From: Opitutia bacterium UBA7374
GTDB lineage: Bacteria; Verrucomicrobiota; Verrucomicrobiia; Opitutales; Coraliomargaritaceae
Length of the DNA: 64,000 nucleotides
NCBI GenBank assembly: GCA_002469895.1
Contig: DKOA01000046.1
Coordinates: forward strand, 19,129-83,128
Reading direction: 5' to 3'
Shown here: positions 59,366 through 64,000 of the stretch, piece by piece
Position numbering within the stretch: position 1 is the stretch's first letter
How the letters are laid out: each line of letters begins with the position of its first letter
Position numbers and translations under genes: made by a program
The notes under the pieces: model-generated
What the model was told of the DNA's origin: nothing
Databases searched by the model: none
The model's input: the letters and a program-made list of their open reading frames with translations, nothing else

Positions 59366-61027
59366 ATGCTACAGTACATTCGCATCGAAAATCTAGCATT
59401 GCTCTCAGAGGTTACTTTGGAGTTTGAAGCCGGTTTTACCGCAGTGACCGGAGAAACCGGCGCAGGAAAGAGCGTACTGCTCGGTGCGCTCAGCTTATTG
59501 TCCGGGGCTCGTACGGATAAGACGCTTATTCGGCAAGGAGCGGATAGTTTACAGGTCGAGGCAGCCCTTTATTTTCCGCAGCCGACAGCTATTGATGAAG
59601 CACTGGAGGCAAGCGGGTTACCATGCTGTGAAGAGGGGGTGTTGGTACTTCGGCGGAATATTCATCGTAGTAAGATGCCGCGTGTGCAGATCAACGGCTC
59701 GATCGCAACGCTTACGCAACTGCAGGCGTTGGGTGAGCACTGGATCGATTTTCACGGGCCGGGGGAGCCACAGAAACTCTTTCACGAGCGGCGGCAGCTG
59801 GAGATGCTCGATGCCTTCGCCGGCAATCTCGAAAACCTGTCCCGGTATCAGGGGATTTTCTCGGAGTGGAAAGAAGCCTGTGCGGCGATCTCTGCGATTG
59901 AGACAGGAGAGCGCCTCGACGCAGATGAAATTGAGTTTTTAAAAAAGCAATTATCTAAAATTGACGCCCTTGAGGTGAGCGAATCATCAATTACTGAGCT
60001 GGAGCGCGACTATACCCGTATTTCACAAGTACGTGAGCTGGCCGCTCTCGCGGTGGACAGTGCGCGCGCTCTTGGAGGGGAAAATGGAGCCTGTGACCGA
60101 TTGCGGGAGGCCGGTGGGCAGCTCGAGTCTCTCGCTGCTCTGGACGCGGATTCAGAACCTCTCGTTGAGAGAGTTCGCAGCTTGCAGATTGAGGCCGAAG
60201 ATATCGCCACAGAGTTGGACCGTCTGTCGGAATCTCTCGACTTTGAGCCGGAGGTTGTCGAGGCAATCAATGAGCGCATGAATCTTTGGCAGGAGTTGCG
60301 GCGTAAATATGGGGGCAGCGTGGAGTCTGTTTTAGTAAAGCGGGAGGAATTGGCCACCAAGCTGTCTCTGCAGGGTGATATTGAAGGTCTTTTGGCTGAG
60401 GCGCGCCAGTCCGAGGAAGCTGTGCGAAATCGCTTAGTGGAGCAGGCGGCTGTCCTCCGTAAACTCCGCGAGAAGACAGCGACACAGTTAGCTACTCGGG
60501 TCGCTGATTTGCTGAGCGCGCTGGGCTTTAAGAAGGCGCAACTGAAAATCGAGATCGTAGCGGAGCCGGAATTGCGTGAGTATGGGGATTGCCGTTGTCG
60601 CTTCCTCTTTTCACCCAATGCTGGTCAGGAAGTCCTGCCGTTGAATAAGATCGCTTCAAGCGGAGAAACTGCGCGAGTGATGCTCGCACTGAAGACCGTA
60701 TTGGCTGAGTCGGATGCAACACCCTTGCTGGTTTTTGACGAGGTCGACGCCAATGTGGGCGGTGAGGTAGGACGATCTGTGGGTACGGAATTAGCCCGTC
60801 TGTCCGGTCGGCATCAGGTGCTTTGCGTAACCCACCTGCCACAGGTTGCCTCGCTGGCCAGTAACCACTTTCTGGTCGAGAAGTCTCAGGACGAAACGGA
60901 CACATTTGTCTCCATACGAGCGATACATGGCGAGGCCGAGTCTCGACTGGGTGAGCTGGCAAGGATGCTCGGTGACCGGGAGTCGGCATCCGCACAAGCT
61001 CATGCCAAGGAGCTTCTGGAAGGCTAA
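59366..61027 (+). CDS. recN: DNA repair protein RecN
   Basis: Walker A GETGAGKS, a long coiled-coil middle, C-terminal SGGETARVMLAL and LVFDEVDANVGG. Confidence 0.95.
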   Translation: MLQYIRIENLALLSEVTLEFEAGFTAVTGETGAGKSVLLGALSLLSGARTDKTLIRQGADSLQVEAALYFPQPTAIDEALEASGLPCCEEGVLVLRRNIHRSKMPRVQINGSIATLTQLQALGEHWIDFHGPGEPQKLFHERRQLEMLDAFAGNLENLSRYQGIFSEWKEACAAISAIETGERLDADEIEFLKKQLSKIDALEVSESSITELERDYTRISQVRELAALAVDSARALGGENGACDRLREAGGQLESLAALDADSEPLVERVRSLQIEAEDIATELDRLSESLDFEPEVVEAINERMNLWQELRRKYGGSVESVLVKREELATKLSLQGDIEGLLAEARQSEEAVRNRLVEQAAVLRKLREKTATQLATRVADLLSALGFKKAQLKIEIVAEPELREYGDCRCRFLFSPNAGQEVLPLNKIASSGETARVMLALKTVLAESDATPLLVFDEVDANVGGEVGRSVGTELARLSGRHQVLCVTHLPQVASLASNHFLVEKSQDETDTFVSIRAIHGEAESRLGELARMLGDRESASAQAHAKELLEG

Positions 61028-61033
61028 GCTAGC

Positions 61034-62707
61034 TTACGGTGTACTCCCTTGCTCAATGAGCTCGCGGGTTAGTGACATCTCCCCGATATAGGCGGCGTAG
61101 CGCTGAAGGAAGGATTCCGCGGAAGCATAATCTTCATCGTCCGGAGCAATTTCGGGAGCCGTCTTTTCTTCGAGATAGACGAATAAGCCGGTTTGCTCTC
61201 TGGTTGTGATCATATCGGAAAGGTCACCCGCGGCGAGGTTGCCTGCGCGTTCAAGAACCGCTCTATCTAGCTCGCTGGGAGGCTCTCCAAATTCAAACGA
61301 CTCAAATTCGGAGGCTTCCAGCCCGAGAGCCGTAGCGGCTTCCGCAAAATTTTCACCGGCACGCAAGCGAGTCTCTAAATCTTCTTTTAGGCGGGCCCCT
61401 TCAGTATTAAAAAGTTCGCGTTTACGTTCCACCTTGTAGTCATTGCTTACGCGAGCGGCCACAGCCTCATAGGGAGGGATTTCCGGTGCAATGCGTCCAT
61501 CTGTAAAGAGTAGGCCAAAGCCACCCTGCATCGGGTATACGCCGGTGTAATATCGGTTGCTTCCTAGAGAGAAGGCTTCTTCCAGCATCTCCCCGGGCAG
61601 AGAGCGCTGGCTGGTTTGATTGAGGCTAAATGGAGGAACCGACTGCAGGGAGATCTGGTTCTTCTCGAGTAATTCGGTAAAGGCGGCCGTATCGCGTTCA
61701 ACAGATTGGTCATAGAGCGCAAAAGCAAACGATTGAGCGGCCTCATTGGCGGCACGCTCCGCTTGCTTGGCTGCATAGTCAGTGGCCACCGCTTCTTTCA
61801 CATTTTCAAAAGTAACGACCGGAACATCCGTAGCGGACGCACTCGTTTCCGCTTCTTCCGTTTCAACTGGCTCAGGTTGTGGATTTGCCGCTTCATAATC
61901 GGCCACAAAGCGGGCGCGGTCGCTGATGAAATGTTCCCGTAAGGTGGACTCATCGACCGTTGCCTCCGGGTTGGCATAGTTGGCTGCAGGGAAGAATGCG
62001 ATGCTGGCCTCGAGACGCTCGGGGATTTCATAAGCAGTCTTGTTGGCTGCATAGTAATCCTTCATTTCCGCTTCGTCTTCTGCGATAGTGGGCTCAAAGT
62101 TTGCATAGGCCAGTCCTGCGGTTGCCAGTTTGTAGACCGTCTTATTGCGGGTCGTTTGCAGGCGTACTTCATCGGGCAAAACAAAGCCCGGGCCCCCAAG
62201 CACAGAGCGGATTTGGTCGATCCGGTAGTCCTCTTCGAGAACAATGCTTATTATATTATCGGGCATTTCCGGGTTAGACTCGATATTATCGGAAAATTGG
62301 GTGAATACATCCGCGCTGAATTGACCATCCGGGCCAAAGAAGAGCGGTCGAGTGCGCAAGTACTCACCGAGTGCTTCGATTGATGGAGCGGGAACGCTCA
62401 TTAAATCGGCGAGATGGAGAAGGGCGACTCGCTGGGGAATCAGTTGGGCAAATTGTTGGTTGTTTTGTACCGGACGGCCTGTCGAGAGGAGCTGGCTCAA
62501 GTTTGTCCGTTGTCCGAGAATTTCCTGATCGATCGGGGAGTTCAGATCATAGCCGAAGAAATTTTCAGCAACATAGTTGCTCCGGTTGGTCGTACAACCC
62601 GGTGTGTTGCCTATAGTAAATACGAAGGCGACGATAATCACAACCAACAGGCTAATGAATATCCAACGACCATGGCGGATGAGATGGTTTTGTATCCAGG
62701 AAATCAT
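61034..62707 (-). CDS. PpiD-like periplasmic chaperone (SurA N-terminal domain protein)
   Basis: MISWIQNHLIRHGRW followed by a TM anchor (IFISLLVVIIVAFVF) and a long periplasmic helical region. I saw no clear parvulin motif. The start is set at ATG 62707. Confidence 0.65.
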   Translation of the reverse strand: MISWIQNHLIRHGRWIFISLLVVIIVAFVFTIGNTPGCTTNRSNYVAENFFGYDLNSPIDQEILGQRTNLSQLLSTGRPVQNNQQFAQLIPQRVALLHLADLMSVPAPSIEALGEYLRTRPLFFGPDGQFSADVFTQFSDNIESNPEMPDNIISIVLEEDYRIDQIRSVLGGPGFVLPDEVRLQTTRNKTVYKLATAGLAYANFEPTIAEDEAEMKDYYAANKTAYEIPERLEASIAFFPAANYANPEATVDESTLREHFISDRARFVADYEAANPQPEPVETEEAETSASATDVPVVTFENVKEAVATDYAAKQAERAANEAAQSFAFALYDQSVERDTAAFTELLEKNQISLQSVPPFSLNQTSQRSLPGEMLEEAFSLGSNRYYTGVYPMQGGFGLLFTDGRIAPEIPPYEAVAARVSNDYKVERKRELFNTEGARLKEDLETRLRAGENFAEAATALGLEASEFESFEFGEPPSELDRAVLERAGNLAAGDLSDMITTREQTGLFVYLEEKTAPEIAPDDEDYASAESFLQRYAAYIGEMSLTRELIEQGSTP

Positions 62708-62849
62708 TTCAAGGGGACGGTATATTGAGCAGAAACGCGCCAAGTTAGATTCTCGGTGGGTTCTGTCAATCCATAGCTTAGGCTCTCTGTCCCCTAGTTT
62801 ATATGAAAAATGGTTGGTCGACTCCCTCTATTTCTCTTAAGTTAGTGAT

Positions 62850-63557
62850 ATGTCTAAAGCGCATGGAGTCGTGATCGAGTCATCGAATCATCGAAAAAAC
62901 CATAGATGCTCGATTTTTTATGGGGCACACGATTCCCCCTACGGGACTTGCCGGATCGCACTGGATGAGGGAAGCCGGATTTGTTATCTGGGCTTTTGTG
63001 ATACTGGGAAAAGGGCAGATTTTCGGGTACTCTTAGAGAGCCTCTGGCCGGCTGCAGTTTGTCGACATGCGCCAAAAGAAATTGCCTGGGTAGTCGATTC
63101 GTTGGCGAAAAGAGTGACTCTGAATGTTACCGTTTTGGTGCACGGCACGGACTTTCAGATTCGGGTCTGGTCGGCATTGTTGGAGACCGCCCCCGGTACC
63201 GTTCTGAGCTATGGGGAACTGGCGCGGCAGATCTGTCATCCGGGCGCTGCGAGAGCGGTCGGTCAGGCAGTTGGTGCCAACCGCATTGCCCTGCTTATTC
63301 CTTGTCACCGAGTGATCAGTAGCAACGGGCAACTGGGTGGCTATCATTGGGGGACAGAACGGAAGCGGGCACTTCTGCTTAAGGAGCAGGCGGGTGCTCC
63401 TCTCTTTGCCGGCGAAGCATCGCATCGACTCGATCCAATAAAGTGCGGTGCTGATCCGGATCGTGGAAAGAGCCGGCACCGTGCGGAGGTCGTTCGCCCG
63501 GCGTCTCTTGCGGTAAAAAATGATGGGTGCGACGAGAATCACCCAGCTCGTAGGTGA
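62850..63557 (+). CDS. ogt: methylated-DNA--protein-cysteine methyltransferase
   Basis: Active site LIPCHRVI and helix-turn-wing region SYGELARQICHPGAARAVGQAVGAN. It has an unusually long tail of about 55 aa after the usual C-terminus. Confidence 0.85.
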   Translation: MSKAHGVVIESSNHRKNHRCSIFYGAHDSPYGTCRIALDEGSRICYLGFCDTGKRADFRVLLESLWPAAVCRHAPKEIAWVVDSLAKRVTLNVTVLVHGTDFQIRVWSALLETAPGTVLSYGELARQICHPGAARAVGQAVGANRIALLIPCHRVISSNGQLGGYHWGTERKRALLLKEQAGAPLFAGEASHRLDPIKCGADPDRGKSRHRAEVVRPASLAVKNDGCDENHPARR

Positions 63558-63607
63558 CTTGGTATCCCGTTCCTTCCGGCTCCTGCGCCGCGTGTATCTT
63601 CCCTATT

Positions 63608-64000
63608 TTAGACATGAGTTTCAGTCATTGCTGGCTCTTTTATGATTTTCAAGGCGGATGGGATGGCTTGTTTGAAGCGAAAGAATCCGTGTGTTGCTTT
63701 TGGATAGAAGATTTCATCCCACCAGTGTCGCTGAGGCAGCAGTTCGATGCCCTCTTCAAACAATCGAGTCTTTATTACCGGTAAAGTAGTTGTCCATAAA
63801 CCGACCGGCGGTTCTGCCATTAGAACCGTACTCAGTTTCCGGGAGGTGCACCAATCAATGAATGGATCGATTGATTCAAACAAATCGGCACCCGAGCGCT
63901 CGGCTAAGCAGGCACGCCGAAAATCAATGACCTTTTCGTCGATGCCCAATTCCTTGTAGGCTGTCGAGGGCAGGAATCCGGAAACTGCATCGACTGAAAA
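63608..64000 (-). CDS. hypothetical protein, 5' end beyond window edge
   Basis: The reading frame stays open from 63608 to the window end (the TTG at 63949 is only the track's start). No family recognised. Confidence 0.45.
   Translation of the reverse strand, partial: FSVDAVSGFLPSTAYKELGIDEKVIDFRRACLAERSGADLFESIDPFIDWCTSRKLSTVLMAEPPVGLWTTTLPVIKTRLFEEGIELLPQRHWWDEIFYPKATHGFFRFKQAIPSALKIIKEPAMTETHV

Noticed and set aside
60010-60618. 202-aa minus-strand ORF
   Set aside because: It lies entirely antisense within recN, which has clear SMC-like motifs, and its Ser/Arg-rich composition marks it as a shadow. The same reasoning applies to 16165-16736 inside ilvD, 28010-28540 inside trhO and 50311-50874 inside the oxidoreductase.

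Overview
This is a densely packed, mostly housekeeping chromosomal segment with about 60 protein genes and 2 tRNAs, moderately GC-rich by eye. Several traits suggest a Verrucomicrobiota/PVC-type bacterium: a PEP-CTERM protein, a run of prepilin-type N-terminal-methylation genes, a GldA/F/G-DUF4340 ABC cluster, and tightly abutting or overlapping convergent genes. That assignment is inference and unverified. Confident core genes are sua5, rpsR, rnd, rsmI, pgi, ilvD, scpB, pheA, pyrD, lipA, lipB, gltX, a DEAD-box helicase, trhO, deoC, mutL, ribE, cstA, dgt, recN and ogt. Accessory modules: (1) a 5'-truncated Wzc-type BY-kinase at the left edge; (2) an ABC/GldG/DUF4340 cluster followed by a 904-aa membrane protein; (3) an orphan five-gene pseudopilin operon in G-x-H-I-J order; (4) three nucleotide or nucleic-acid hydrolases in a row; (5) an ars operon built around an aquaporin, an ArsP-like permease and a tiny Cys-pair protein, with a perfect palindromic operator candidate; (6) a TPR-ExbB-ExbD-ExbD cluster ending in a TonB-like anchor fused to a vWA-like domain. 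The most unusual feature is the 1.3-kb gap between mutL and a low-GC islet. After a palindrome-rich AT-rich stretch it holds an ORF-free, GC-rich, helix-dense element of about 0.88 kb (39961-40840). This element has a colinear long-range closing helix, a GNRA hairpin and a repeated T-loop-like motif, and it ends in a clean intrinsic terminator. I interpret it as a candidate large structured ncRNA whose class I cannot assign by eye. I found no CRISPR array, transposase, integrase or rRNA.
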